Both the position numbers and the translations under genes were made by a program. From a virus: a DNA stretch of 42,784 nucleotides. Below the pieces are notes generated by a model that worked only from the letters and a program-made list of their open reading frames with translations, did no database searches and had not been told where the DNA came from. Below are positions 1 to 9,417 of the stretch, one piece after another. Where the stretch lies: positions 1 to 42,784 of the IMG/VR virus record IMGVR_UViG_3300031416_000024; one strand, given 5' to 3'. The first letter of the stretch is position 1, and each line of letters opens with the position of its first letter.

Positions 1-127
1 AATCAGCCCGCAAACAACACTGCCGGAAATGTAAATCCGTTCAATAATGGCGGTAATAACGGTTTTGGCGGCGGCTTCGGTAGCATGTAGTTTAGGCCAT
101 AAATCATAAGGGGCTTCGGCCCCTTTT
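1..127. repeat. Direct terminal repeat, copy 1 (identical to 42658-42784)
   Basis: All 127 nt at the window start recur base for base at the window end. The copy holds the last 90 nt (with stop) of the Q/G-rich SSB-like CDS plus its terminator hairpin. Confidence 0.97.
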
Positions 128-130
128 TAT
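108..130 (+). terminator. Rho-independent terminator after the SSB-like gene
   Basis: AGGGGC-TTCG-GCCCCT hairpin (109-124) followed by TTTTTATT. The same 24-nt cassette occurs inverted at 20633-20658. Confidence 0.8.
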
Positions 131-141
131 TGAGGTTTATT

Positions 142-1275
142 ATGTCTCAAAATTCTCAGGTAAATGACAGATTACTAATGCAGGCTCAAAGCGAGTTAAC
201 GCATGAATTTGTTATTGATAACACGCCTCAGTATGTTGATAATAAATGTGGCAGAGTTTCTTATTATTCTGCTCGTAAGGCGCTAACATTAAATCCGAAC
301 GCCTTGATAAAAAACGCAATAGACTTTGATTCTTCAATTGTCGCCAGGCTTGTTTATAATCTTAAAAAAATTGGCGTCCAGTTTGAGATTGAAAAGCCCT
401 TCAGATTCAAGGTTGCCTACGGTCACATTAACCTTAAAATTGATGCCATTGCATCATCTGGCTTTCCAGATTTTCCGCAACAGAAAGTAATCATGCTTTT
501 TAATGTTGTTAGCGGAAAAGATTTCATTTCTTACAGCAACAGCCAATCCGTGCCGGAATGGATGGTTAATAACGCCCAGCTTCTTATGGCATATGGCGGC
601 ATAAAAAAAGCCGCATTATTTATTGTAAACAGAGCATCAGGGCAATCATTCGCGCAAGTGGTGGATATAGATTTCAACGCCGCTACAAGAATTGACGATC
701 TATCAAAATCATCAGTTTCTGAATATTCAATACCAGAAAGAATTGCTTCTGTTGAAGACATAACTGCCTCAAATGAAAAAGCTCTTAAGTGCTTGTCTTG
801 CCCTTACGTAAGTCAATGCGCCCTACCTGAGTCCACTATGCCAAACTGCTACAGTTGTGCATTTTATTCAATGCGTCCAGATGGTAAAGCTGTTTGTGTT
901 GCAAAAAACAATATGCCACTTGACGACAGAACAAGATTGAATTATGAAAACTGCGACAGGCATATTTATAATCCAGAAATGATTGATTCCTGGTCCGCTT
1001 TTATGGGCGAAGCTGTTCGTCAGGTTATAGGCCAGCATGATATAGTTGAATCAAGAACAGGTAGTATTTTTGCAAATAAATTAACTGGCGTTGAATTTGA
1101 AAATGTCATGCCTATTGAGAAAAAGGATTTAAATCAATACACCAGCTATGAAATTTATGGCGCTAAAGGTAAGGATTTGATAGGCGATTCGTCAATAAGT
1201 AAATTAAAGAAAACTTTCGGCGCTGAGATACAAGGAATTCACAATGACGTTTCAGGATCGAATTTTCCAGATTGA
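142..1275 (+). CDS. PD-(D/E)XK / Cas4-like nuclease with Fe-S type Cys motif and an extra Cys-rich C-terminal region
   Basis: The ORF track gives 130..1275. ATG at 142 follows a GAGG RBS, whereas 130 is TTG. The translation has IDAI...FNVVSGK (nuclease-like core) and CLSCPYVSQC (= CX2CX5C, as in Cas4/AddB Fe-S nucleases), then CYSC...C...C. It sits in the recombination operon. Confidence 0.5.
   Translation: MSQNSQVNDRLLMQAQSELTHEFVIDNTPQYVDNKCGRVSYYSARKALTLNPNALIKNAIDFDSSIVARLVYNLKKIGVQFEIEKPFRFKVAYGHINLKIDAIASSGFPDFPQQKVIMLFNVVSGKDFISYSNSQSVPEWMVNNAQLLMAYGGIKKAALFIVNRASGQSFAQVVDIDFNAATRIDDLSKSSVSEYSIPERIASVEDITASNEKALKCLSCPYVSQCALPESTMPNCYSCAFYSMRPDGKAVCVAKNNMPLDDRTRLNYENCDRHIYNPEMIDSWSAFMGEAVRQVIGQHDIVESRTGSIFANKLTGVEFENVMPIEKKDLNQYTSYEIYGAKGKDLIGDSSISKLKKTFGAEIQGIHNDVSGSNFPD
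657..665 (+). repeat. AGTGGTGGA-core motif copy 1
   Basis: gcgcaAGTGGTGGAtat; sense strand of the nuclease CDS (codons Q-V-V-D). Confidence 0.9.
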
Positions 1276-2944
1276 AGCAGTCAATAACACTTTTGATTAC
1301 TGGCACAAAAACCCAGGAAAGGGGCCGATAATTAAGCTCCCTACAGGCTCGGGGAAGTCTGTAGTTGTGGCAAAGATATGCTCAAGGATGCAGCAAGATT
1401 ATGCTGAATTAAAGCCCAGGGGAATTATTACGGTTCCGTCAAAGGAGCTTTGCGAACAAAATACAGAAAAGCTTGTCAAGCTTATGCCAAAAGGCGTAAG
1501 CGTTGATATGTACTCAGCATCTGCCGGAAGAAAAAACGGCCTTGCTGATATTGTCGTTTGTACAATAGGAACGGTTAAGAATTATCCATCAGACCTGGGT
1601 TACAGAAATTACTGGCTGAATGATGAATGTCACTTAGCCAGCCCTGACGGTAAAGGCGTTTACTGGTCATTCGCTCAGGGGATGCATAATGCAAACGCCT
1701 CCGCTGGAGTAAATTACTGTTGGGCCGGATTGACAGCAACGCCATTTAAGGGGAACGGCGTATGGATAACTGACGGAAAGCAGCCTCTTTATCATGGATT
1801 TTCTCACCAGACGGAGATAGGAGAATTACTTAGCTTGGGTTATTTATCTCCGCTGGTAAACCCTCAGGCAAATATTTCTACAAGGGTTAACACGTCTGGA
1901 ATACAGATGAAAGGTGATGACTTTGATTTACCTCAGCTTGTAGAAAGAACAAAAGAATATCTTGTATCTGCCGCGCATGAGGCAAGCATAATAGCTAAGG
2001 ACAGAAAGAAATGGATTGCTTTTCTTCCTGACGTTTCCAGCGCAAAAGATTTTTGCGTCATACTAAATAAAATAGGAATAACTGCCGCTGTAGTTACTGG
2101 AGAAACTGACTCCAGAGAAAGGGAGCATTTATTAAGGCAGTATAAAGCTGGATACATAAGATGCCTAATAACCGTAATCGCCCTGACTACAGGATTCGAT
2201 GAGCCTAGCATAGACTGCATTTTGTGGTTAAGGTCAACGCACTCTCCCGTTCTTTATATTCAGGGAGCTGGAAGGGGAACCAGGATAAGTCCTGGAAAGG
2301 TAGACTGTATGTGGATTGACTTTACCGACACAACAGAAAGACTCGGAGCTATTGACCAGATAAGGGGAAGGGCTGCAAAGAAAAAACAGTCAATAGATGC
2401 GCCTTGCGTAATCTGCGAAAATTGCGGAACGCGCTGGACTCCAGCAAGTAAAGAGGTTTGCATTGATTACTGGAGAGATGAGGATACAGGAAAATACATT
2501 TATAATAATTTAGGAGAAAGAATTAAAAAAGATGGTTGCGGTCATATAATGAGGGTTCCAGACCAGCTAGATCCAAGGTATTCATCGAACGCTGAAATCA
2601 TGGCTGCGACAAATCCTTATCCAGAATTTCCTGTTGATGCAGTTCAGGTGAGAAAGAAAAGGAGCAAGAACGATAAGGAATTTATATCGGTTGAATTTTT
2701 TTATATGGGAAATTTAATCTGCAAGCATCAAATTTATTTCTCAGGAATGGGGTTGACTCCTGAATCCAGGAAGTGGTTTAACGTTTTAACTGGCGACTTC
2801 TCTGAGCAATATAATAATATGACTGCATGCATTGGTTTTTTTGAAACTCAGTTGATTTATAATAAAAGACTCAACATAAGTTCAGTAAAACTAGACAGAA
2901 CTCAAAACGCAAAATACCCAAGGCTGATGGAGGTCTTAAGGTGA
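1244..2944 (+). CDS. SF2 (DEAD/DEAH-like) DNA helicase with C-terminal zinc-ribbon region
   Basis: Walker A LPTGSGKS, motif II NDECH, motif III LTATP, QGAGRGTR arginine-finger motif, and CVICENCG...C...C zinc ribbon. AAGGAA RBS. Overlaps the upstream CDS by 32 nt. Confidence 0.85.
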   Translation: MTFQDRIFQIEAVNNTFDYWHKNPGKGPIIKLPTGSGKSVVVAKICSRMQQDYAELKPRGIITVPSKELCEQNTEKLVKLMPKGVSVDMYSASAGRKNGLADIVVCTIGTVKNYPSDLGYRNYWLNDECHLASPDGKGVYWSFAQGMHNANASAGVNYCWAGLTATPFKGNGVWITDGKQPLYHGFSHQTEIGELLSLGYLSPLVNPQANISTRVNTSGIQMKGDDFDLPQLVERTKEYLVSAAHEASIIAKDRKKWIAFLPDVSSAKDFCVILNKIGITAAVVTGETDSREREHLLRQYKAGYIRCLITVIALTTGFDEPSIDCILWLRSTHSPVLYIQGAGRGTRISPGKVDCMWIDFTDTTERLGAIDQIRGRAAKKKQSIDAPCVICENCGTRWTPASKEVCIDYWRDEDTGKYIYNNLGERIKKDGCGHIMRVPDQLDPRYSSNAEIMAATNPYPEFPVDAVQVRKKRSKNDKEFISVEFFYMGNLICKHQIYFSGMGLTPESRKWFNVLTGDFSEQYNNMTACIGFFETQLIYNKRLNISSVKLDRTQNAKYPRLMEVLR

Positions 2945-3228
2945 TAATTCACAGCGTAGAATACTATCAGGCTCTAAAGTCAGAAATGCTTAGTCTGGAA
3001 AGGTTGCTAAACTCAAAGCCTTACGTTTCTGACATTCCTTTCGTCACTCATGGAGTAAAAAATGAAATTGCCGTTTGCGATGCCGCGCTAAGGTCTGTAA
3101 AATGCAACCACTGTTTTCATAACATGAAAAACGAAAACAGATGCGCAGTAAATGGAGATTTTCCACCATCTCTTGATAAAAATTCCTATAAATGCCCTAA
3201 TTGGGTTTTTGATGACATTCCATTCTGA
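2941..3228 (+). CDS. Small Cys-rich hypothetical protein
   Basis: GTG start overlaps the helicase stop (GTGA) and follows a GGAGG RBS. Cys/His pattern CNHCFH...C...C. Confidence 0.6.
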   Translation: MIIHSVEYYQALKSEMLSLERLLNSKPYVSDIPFVTHGVKNEIAVCDAALRSVKCNHCFHNMKNENRCAVNGDFPPSLDKNSYKCPNWVFDDIPF

Positions 3229-3236
3229 GGAAGATT

Positions 3237-4058
3237 ATGAAAAAATTAATGCCAGTTGGTATTGATATTGAGTCAATCCCAACACAAGACGAAGAAAAAA
3301 TAGCTTACCACAAATTGCAGGCTGAAGGTAAAACGCCAACCCCGCCAAAGACTAAAGGTGATATGGCTAAAGATTTAGAACTTCCAGAGGCCGCCGCAAA
3401 CGGGATAAGCGCCGTAGATATGCAAAAGCTATGGGTAGATAAGTTCCGACTTTCTGCCGTAGAGAAAGCTTTCGATGAGAGCTACCGGAAAACATCATTT
3501 AGCGCGGGTGATGGCGGTGAGATTATCAGCGTATCAATGAAGCCATTCGGACAGGATGACGTTGCGACTGCCTACAGGCATAAAGGCGGCGACTCTGAAC
3601 TGTCTATGCTGAAGCGCGTTTGTGCCTATATGGATAAGCTGGATGACTACGCCAAACAAAATAACTCAACAATCCAGCTTGTGGGCGCTAACGTGCTCTT
3701 GTTCGATGCAAGATTTATCGGTCAGCGCTGCCTCATTAACGGCATAGAGCCGCCGAAAATGGGACTCATCTCATCACGCTACGATAAGACAAAATACTTT
3801 GACGTGCTCTCTGCCTGGTCATTTGACGACAACCAAAGCCGAATTAGCCTCAACAGGCTTTGCAATATCCTTGGTATTGAAACGCCCAAGGGGGATGAGC
3901 AGGGTGATATACATGGCGGCATGGTGTGGGATATATGGAACAGCGGCGGTGAGGATGGAGCGGCTCGTATAGCGCGATACAACGCAAGAGATACCGCCGT
4001 TCTTGAGCCAATTTACAATAAGCTGGTTAAGCTCCTGGGGGTTGATTATGCAAACTAA
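3237..4058 (+). CDS. 3'-5' exonuclease, DnaQ/PolB-exonuclease-like fold
   Basis: Exo I-like GIDIES near the N-terminus, Exo II-like NVLLFDARF, Exo III-like YNARDT. GAGGAAG RBS. Confidence 0.7.
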   Translation: MKKLMPVGIDIESIPTQDEEKIAYHKLQAEGKTPTPPKTKGDMAKDLELPEAAANGISAVDMQKLWVDKFRLSAVEKAFDESYRKTSFSAGDGGEIISVSMKPFGQDDVATAYRHKGGDSELSMLKRVCAYMDKLDDYAKQNNSTIQLVGANVLLFDARFIGQRCLINGIEPPKMGLISSRYDKTKYFDVLSAWSFDDNQSRISLNRLCNILGIETPKGDEQGDIHGGMVWDIWNSGGEDGAARIARYNARDTAVLEPIYNKLVKLLGVDYAN

Positions 4059-4374
4059 ACCGTCTCCAGTTTTCGAGTTTTACGTTTATTCAATGTTCCG
4101 CATGAGAGATACGGAAGAGGTTAAAGCAAGGATATTCAGAACCTTTGCCTGTGGTCATCAGTTAGCTATTTCAAACTGCGATAATATGGAGCAGCAGGAA
4201 GAAATCGATAACTGGAAAAAGTTTAATGAAGTAAATCTTTTCTTTAAGTGTGTAAAAAGAAAATCAGCAGAAGTTAAATCGGAATCCCTGAAAGGGGAAT
4301 GTGAGTTCGTTTCTGAAATTATACTCACTCTTGAGCAGGTTTACTTTTTCCAGAAAAATAGGGTTATGGTATGA
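4048..4374 (+). CDS. Hypothetical protein
   Basis: The track ORF is 4003..4374. The internal ATG at 4048 avoids a long overlap with the exonuclease. No recognisable motif. Confidence 0.5.
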   Translation: MQTKPSPVFEFYVYSMFRMRDTEEVKARIFRTFACGHQLAISNCDNMEQQEEIDNWKKFNEVNLFFKCVKRKSAEVKSESLKGECEFVSEIILTLEQVYFFQKNRVMV

Positions 4375-4658
4375 GCATAATCGCAGTAATGAAATTATCA
4401 GAACTTCAGCAAAAGATAGTGAAATTTGCTGAGGATAAATTAGGCGCAGGTGGTGGAATATCCATTTCTCTTAACCCTCCTGGAATAGAATTCTCCAGCA
4501 AAGAAATGGTAAAGAAATTTATTGATTTTATAGCCTGGGATTACAACACTCACATTGTGTTTGATGCATTCCTCAGAGGAAAGATTACAGAAGCAAAGCA
4601 TGATAGAATAACGCATTCCGTTAGTGAGATGGTTAAAGTTTGCCATCCATTGAAATAA
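4371..4658 (+). CDS. Hypothetical protein
   Basis: ATGA start/stop overlap with the upstream CDS. Last gene of the + strand operon. Confidence 0.55.
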   Translation: MSIIAVMKLSELQQKIVKFAEDKLGAGGGISISLNPPGIEFSSKEMVKKFIDFIAWDYNTHIVFDAFLRGKITEAKHDRITHSVSEMVKVCHPLK

Positions 4659-4690
4659 AAAGAAGGGGCATTAAGCCCCTTTATTTTTAT
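4657..4690. terminator. Bidirectional rho-independent terminator at the convergence of the two genome arms
   Basis: AAGGGGC-ATTAA-GCCCCTT hairpin with a T-run on the + strand (TTTATTTTTAT) and on the - strand (TTCTTTTT). Confidence 0.8.
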
Positions 4691-4693
4691 GCT

Positions 4694-4981
4694 TTAAAAA
4701 TTTTCTGGAAATCCATCTCGATAACTACATTCTCCAACTTCACCAGAGCCTATATAGCTATTTAAAAGATTCATTACATCATTATCAGGCGTGGTTCCCA
4801 TAATCCAGCTAAAAACATTTCTGCCTGTCCAGTGATTTTCAACTGTCAATCTTTCAAAAAATCTACTTCCAATTTTTGCTCGAAAAGTTTGCCCGTCTTC
4901 TTTCTGGATAAGGAATAAATTATTTTTTTCATCATCTGCAAATATTTTAATTTTTTTGACTGATGTAATTTTATTTAGCAT
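4694..4981 (-). CDS. Hypothetical protein (AT-rich accessory cassette)
   Basis: The track ORF is 4694..4987 (GTG). ATG at 4981 follows a GAGGTG RBS. Confidence 0.55.
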   Translation of the reverse strand: MLNKITSVKKIKIFADDEKNNLFLIQKEDGQTFRAKIGSRFFERLTVENHWTGRNVFSWIMGTTPDNDVMNLLNSYIGSGEVGECSYRDGFPENF

Positions 4982-4998
4982 AAACACCTCTTTAAGTT

Positions 4999-5205
4999 TT
5001 ACTCAACGTCTTTAACGAGCCTGTAAACGCTGGTTGATTGTCCGTTAACGCACCAGGTTATACCTTTAGTGGAGCCGTTAAGCACCAAGATATTTGCTGA
5101 TCCATTGCCCCACGCATAAGTAACTTTAACTAAAATTCCATCACCCATGTCATAAACCTGTCCTTTCTTGCAGTTCGGGTACTCATAGCCAGGTTGCTTG
5201 TGCAT
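4999..5205 (-). CDS. Hypothetical protein
   Basis: 68-aa ORF with a GAGG RBS 8 nt upstream. Confidence 0.5.
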   Translation of the reverse strand: MHKQPGYEYPNCKKGQVYDMGDGILVKVTYAWGNGSANILVLNGSTKGITWCVNGQSTSVYRLVKDVE

Positions 5206-5256
5206 GATTTAGCCTCAAAATTTTTCTGGTTATGCCCGCCGTAACGGGCTGCTTGA

Positions 5257-5454
5257 TTAGATTGTTGCGAATACCGATGCGAATGCTTTACGGCTGGTGC
5301 AGTCTGAGAGTCGCGCGTAAATTGCTTTCGCTTCATCGTTATCAGCCTGCTGTTCGAAAATACGACATTCTGCGGCAATTGCTTTTACTGTGCGTTTGCC
5401 TTTGTTCAGATCAGCTTTGATGCCGTTAATCGTGTTGATGTCGATTGTTTTCAT
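5257..5454 (-). CDS. Hypothetical protein
   Basis: 65-aa ORF directly downstream of a predicted promoter; purine-rich RBS. Confidence 0.5.
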   Translation of the reverse strand: MKTIDINTINGIKADLNKGKRTVKAIAAECRIFEQQADNDEAKAIYARLSDCTSRKAFASVFATI

Positions 5455-5499
5455 TTTGCTTCTCTCTGTTTGTTAGCAGCCCCCGCCGCCTTGAAAACG

Positions 5500-5529
5500 A
5501 TAATAGCAAAAAAACTTACACGCCGTCAA
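5500..5529 (-). promoter_or_regulatory. Putative sigma70 promoter (GTGTTGACG -35, 18-nt spacer, TATTAT -10)
   Basis: The reverse complement reads GTGTTGACG-N18-TATTAT, between the terminator at 5556-5580 and the ATG at 5454. Confidence 0.55.
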
Positions 5530-5555
5530 CACTTTTACCTATAAATCGCAGGCAA

Positions 5556-5580
5556 CAAAAAACCCGCACTAGGCGGGTTC
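5556..5580 (-). terminator. Rho-independent terminator; 23-nt cassette identical to 36060-36082
   Basis: On the - strand: AACCCGC-CTAGT-GCGGGTT followed by TTTTTTG. Confidence 0.8.
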
Positions 5581-5600
5581 TTCGTCAGACAGTTTTAGCA

Positions 5601-6107
5601 TTATTCCATGCCAGGAATGCCGGAAATGTCGGTTTGGTTTTTGCCATCACCTTCAACTGGAGCGGCTGGCTCAGTTTTTGACGGAGCTTCTTTTTCCAGG
5701 TATTGAACCTTTGTCCAATCGACAAAAGAGTAATCCTCTGCGGGAACAGGAATTACTTCAGCGCCAGTTTTTTTCTGAACTTCAGCGAGAAGGAATTTTT
5801 CCGCATTGCTTGCGCTTGAAGCCAGGCGCACAATGCTTTGGTCGCCCAGAGTCAGAACAAACGGCGTAACCGTTGCATCTTCTTTACCGCCAGGCACGCG
5901 GGTTGCAGTTTTGAAGTCCAGAGTTGCATACTCTGCTTCTAAAACTGGACGGCATTCAGTTTTGATGTCACTTGCTGCCAGGCTGCGTGCGTGCTTTTCT
6001 GCCAGAGATAGCGAGTCCGCAAAAACATACAAAGGCGCGGAATCTGGCAGGGTAATCTTAAACGGGCGCGCAGTGGATGGAATTACAGGGGGGTTAGTGT
6101 CAGTCAT
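5601..6107 (-). CDS. Hypothetical protein (GC-rich relative to neighbours)
   Basis: 168-aa ORF with a GAGGAAA RBS; no recognisable motif. Confidence 0.6.
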   Translation of the reverse strand: MTDTNPPVIPSTARPFKITLPDSAPLYVFADSLSLAEKHARSLAASDIKTECRPVLEAEYATLDFKTATRVPGGKEDATVTPFVLTLGDQSIVRLASSASNAEKFLLAEVQKKTGAEVIPVPAEDYSFVDWTKVQYLEKEAPSKTEPAAPVEGDGKNQTDISGIPGME

Positions 6108-6175
6108 AGCTTTTCCTCAATAAGTGATTTTTGGTTTTTCGTGCGCATCGTTGCGCCGTGTAAGTAATGTAATTG

Positions 6176-6212
6176 AAGGCGCTTTTTTTTGCAAGCGCCT
6201 TTTTTGGTTTTT
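6176..6212 (+). terminator. Hairpin with a + strand T-run (possible terminator against antisense read-through into J)
   Basis: AAGGCGC-12 nt loop-GCGCCTT followed by TTTTGGTTTTTTT on the + strand. There is no T-run on the - strand. Confidence 0.35.
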
Positions 6213-9200
6213 TTAAACGTTAAATCCGCCCCTTCCTGATGGTGCAGCAAACATTGTGATAACACCGCCAGCAGTGTCGTTTGGGTTTGCCTGGTCGAAA
6301 TTGTTTGTAACTATGGATATCGTGCCAGCTGATCCAGCCGAAAAGCTGTGCTTAATCGTAACCCTACCAGAAGCATTTCCGGTAACTGATATATCCTTTC
6401 TTGCCTGCCTTCCATCGTCTGATGCTATTATCACTATCAGGCTTTTATTTCCTGCTTTAACATTAGCGCCATACTGAATGTCAGCCCACACATCCATATT
6501 AAAGCGAGGGTTTCCGTTATATGTAGTAGACCATGATTTGGCCCTGTCTACCCCATACTCAGACATGCCAACCTGAACGAAATCACCGATAATCTTATTT
6601 GCTTCCAGCGTACCAAGTATTACGCAGTTTTGATTTATGGTTACATTGTTAAGCACTCCTGATTGTGCCCTGATATCCCCAACGATAACCATCTGCCTAT
6701 TTACGCTGTCAAAGTAAACCCATCTTTCTAGGTTGTCCGGTGAGCTGATAGAGACGGCATCAGCCACAAAATCAACCACGCTTGACAGTCCTTGCTCTGC
6801 ATTTCCTGCGTTAACGTAAACTCCTGTTATGCGAGGCCTGCCGCCGTTTTTATCCACCACCCGCAATGATGCAAGCTCAGAAAGGCCATCTATATTTTCA
6901 TTTATTTCCTTTATATATTCAGTTTTAGGTAATGCGATATTAATCAAATCATCAAGGTCAGCAGAATCAAACTTTGTCAAAACCCTGACAGTAGTTATCT
7001 CTGATTTGCCAATAGTGTTAACAGACCTGACTCCGAACCAGTAATAAGAGTTAACTCTTAAATCAACCTTGTTTAGGACGTAAGCAAATCCAAGGTTGTA
7101 TGTCATATCCAAAACTTCCTGCTCAGTAGATCCAAAGAACCATTCATACTGTTCTCCAAGAGTCCTTAGCGGTGATAGGATTGGCTTTAATGTCGCTGTA
7201 AGGTTTCCGGTAGTCCAGCTTATGGAAGTTGGTTTTGGTGGCGCTGATACCAGGAAAACAGCCTCCGCCGTCTCTCCTGATTTCCCATCAGTGGAGATAG
7301 CCTTTACCTGGACGTTGTAAGTTCCAGCCTTATCAACATTTATATAATATTCGTTTTCTGAAATAACTACATTATAAACAATATTGTTATTTAGTTTTAT
7401 GATAATATTAAACCTTACGTTCCTTGCGGTTTGCGGAGAATTAAAGTAAACCCTCGCTTGTCCTTTTGGTGAATCTGGAGTTGACTCAATAGCCAGGCCT
7501 TCAGGAGCTGGAATTTTATCTCCATAGAGAGAATCAATCTCTGGGTCAAAAACAACCCCTTTATCTATAATTTCTGTTTTTTCAGGAACGTGCTCAATAG
7601 CATTTACAGAATAAGTCCTGTCGTCATTCTCCGTTATAGTTATGCATCGGAAAAGCTTGAATCCCAAATTATTAAAACTCATGCTCCAGACTGACATCCT
7701 AGAAACGGAATCAGGGCAAGTGGTGGAAATTGTCACCTTATTGAGGCTTTCATTTACTGAATCAACTTTAAACTCTTCAGGAATGCCCTGGTCATTTATC
7801 ATTGTTATCAGATATTCAACGCTGGAGCTGTTTTCAACCTGAACAGCCCTGTCGAGTTCAATAGTTTTTCTGTCTTCAGAAACAGACAATATCCTTCCGC
7901 CTATCTGAGATCCATAATAATCACTGTCAGCAACTTTTATGATATCCCCTGGTAAATGCTTAAGGCCAGCAATACCAGTTCTGAAGCTTACAGTTTTACT
8001 CTCTAAAAGCTCAGTCTCAAGAACGTAAAGCCCAAACCTTCTTGCCTGGCTTCTTGTGTCTGTTGCAAAGGCTTCAACTTTTTTTACGTTATATCCGTTA
8101 TCGACAATTGCAGAGTCGCTTTGCACATACTCAATAGCCTGTTCGTAATTATTTTCCTTATCGATAAACGTTACTTCTACAACGCTATGCCTGTCCTGAA
8201 GCTGAGAGCTTCCATAAATAAATTCCCCGTCAATTACGTTTGCATTTGTGTATAGCGCTTTTGGGTCTTTTTTAGAATCAATGGATACCGACAGGCTTTT
8301 ACCGTTGTAAAGTGGTATAGCTCTGAATACAGATAAAATGTCAGTTATCAAATCCCATGCTTTTTTCTGGGATGTTATATTGCAGTTGCAGACAAATCTT
8401 GGTTCAAGATTTCCCTTTCCGTCATCAACTAATTCATCACAAAATTGAGATGCTACATAAAGAGAGGACTCACTGACATCAATTTTTTTGTCCCCTAACC
8501 CGTACCGTGAATCTTTTATTAAGTCATAAACAACCCATGCTGGATTGTTGGTGAATGCAGATTTAAAAGAGCCATCCCAGAAGCCATTATAAACTCTTCT
8601 GACGGGATCGTAGTTTGAAGGAACCTTGACTATCATTCCATCTACAAGATAGTTTCTTTTTGGGATGCTTCCATTAAAGTTTTTTGAATCAAGCTTGATT
8701 CCACAATAGGCCGTGTAAGGCCATCTGTACTTTTGATTAATAACAATAGAGTATGAACGCCAGAAACTTTTGTTCTGTATTGCCTGCCAGTTCCCCGTCT
8801 CAGCGTCAGAAGTAACCCTTTCTACCTTTACGTCAAATGGAGGTTTTGGCAAATCCCATATTTCAGCCTGAAAATAAAACTCATTCCTTGATTTTTGGTT
8901 GTTAAATGATATATCGGATTTTTCAATCCAATCAGCAGATGACGATTCTTTCATGTATACTTTTAACTGCAATGACGTTTCTATTGTGTCTCCGTCATTG
9001 GTTACAAGATACAGGCCCTGGGAGTAAAGATTAACCCTCAGCATGTCTATTCTGCTATCTGTTATCGTTCTTATAATTGGCGACTCTTTTTTAACCTGAA
9101 CGTTAACTCCTATTTCTGATGCGCTCTGCGGGAATCCATTTAAATAATCCTGATCCGCAGTACCAACATTAGTTTCAATTGATACGCCTGATATATTAGT

Positions 9201-9377
9201 CTGCCCAGATTGAGAAACAACCGCCGTATCATCAAGGTAGACAGATTTAAGTCCGTCCACTAAACCAACAATTTGGCCCTCGCCCCAGATATCTATGACA
9301 GAGAACATCTGTGAACTTGTTATTGTGTCGTTATGCTCTACGGGGGTTTTTGCTTTGCTGCCGCTACCTTTTCCCAT
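6213..9377 (-). CDS. Tail tip / central fibre host-specificity protein (lambda J-like)
   Basis: 1054 aa. The N-terminus MGKGSGSKAKTP...DIWGEGQIVGL is typical of the lambda J family. Sits at the end of the M-L-K-I cluster. Confidence 0.9.
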   Translation of the reverse strand: MGKGSGSKAKTPVEHNDTITSSQMFSVIDIWGEGQIVGLVDGLKSVYLDDTAVVSQSGQTNISGVSIETNVGTADQDYLNGFPQSASEIGVNVQVKKESPIIRTITDSRIDMLRVNLYSQGLYLVTNDGDTIETSLQLKVYMKESSSADWIEKSDISFNNQKSRNEFYFQAEIWDLPKPPFDVKVERVTSDAETGNWQAIQNKSFWRSYSIVINQKYRWPYTAYCGIKLDSKNFNGSIPKRNYLVDGMIVKVPSNYDPVRRVYNGFWDGSFKSAFTNNPAWVVYDLIKDSRYGLGDKKIDVSESSLYVASQFCDELVDDGKGNLEPRFVCNCNITSQKKAWDLITDILSVFRAIPLYNGKSLSVSIDSKKDPKALYTNANVIDGEFIYGSSQLQDRHSVVEVTFIDKENNYEQAIEYVQSDSAIVDNGYNVKKVEAFATDTRSQARRFGLYVLETELLESKTVSFRTGIAGLKHLPGDIIKVADSDYYGSQIGGRILSVSEDRKTIELDRAVQVENSSSVEYLITMINDQGIPEEFKVDSVNESLNKVTISTTCPDSVSRMSVWSMSFNNLGFKLFRCITITENDDRTYSVNAIEHVPEKTEIIDKGVVFDPEIDSLYGDKIPAPEGLAIESTPDSPKGQARVYFNSPQTARNVRFNIIIKLNNNIVYNVVISENEYYINVDKAGTYNVQVKAISTDGKSGETAEAVFLVSAPPKPTSISWTTGNLTATLKPILSPLRTLGEQYEWFFGSTEQEVLDMTYNLGFAYVLNKVDLRVNSYYWFGVRSVNTIGKSEITTVRVLTKFDSADLDDLINIALPKTEYIKEINENIDGLSELASLRVVDKNGGRPRITGVYVNAGNAEQGLSSVVDFVADAVSISSPDNLERWVYFDSVNRQMVIVGDIRAQSGVLNNVTINQNCVILGTLEANKIIGDFVQVGMSEYGVDRAKSWSTTYNGNPRFNMDVWADIQYGANVKAGNKSLIVIIASDDGRQARKDISVTGNASGRVTIKHSFSAGSAGTISIVTNNFDQANPNDTAGGVITMFAAPSGRGGFNV
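7719..7727 (+). repeat. AGTGGTGGA-core motif copy 2
   Basis: gggcaAGTGGTGGAaat; antisense to J (S-T-T-C). Confidence 0.9.
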
Positions 9378-9417
9378 TTTAAAGCCCTTTTATTTGGCGC
9401 GTCCTTGCGCCAGTGTT

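Noticed and set aside
5130-5681. ORFs 5130..5378(-), 5232..5420(+) and 5445..5681(+)
   Set aside because: They overlap better-supported small genes or run across the promoter/terminator region, and they give low-complexity or basic junk-like translations.
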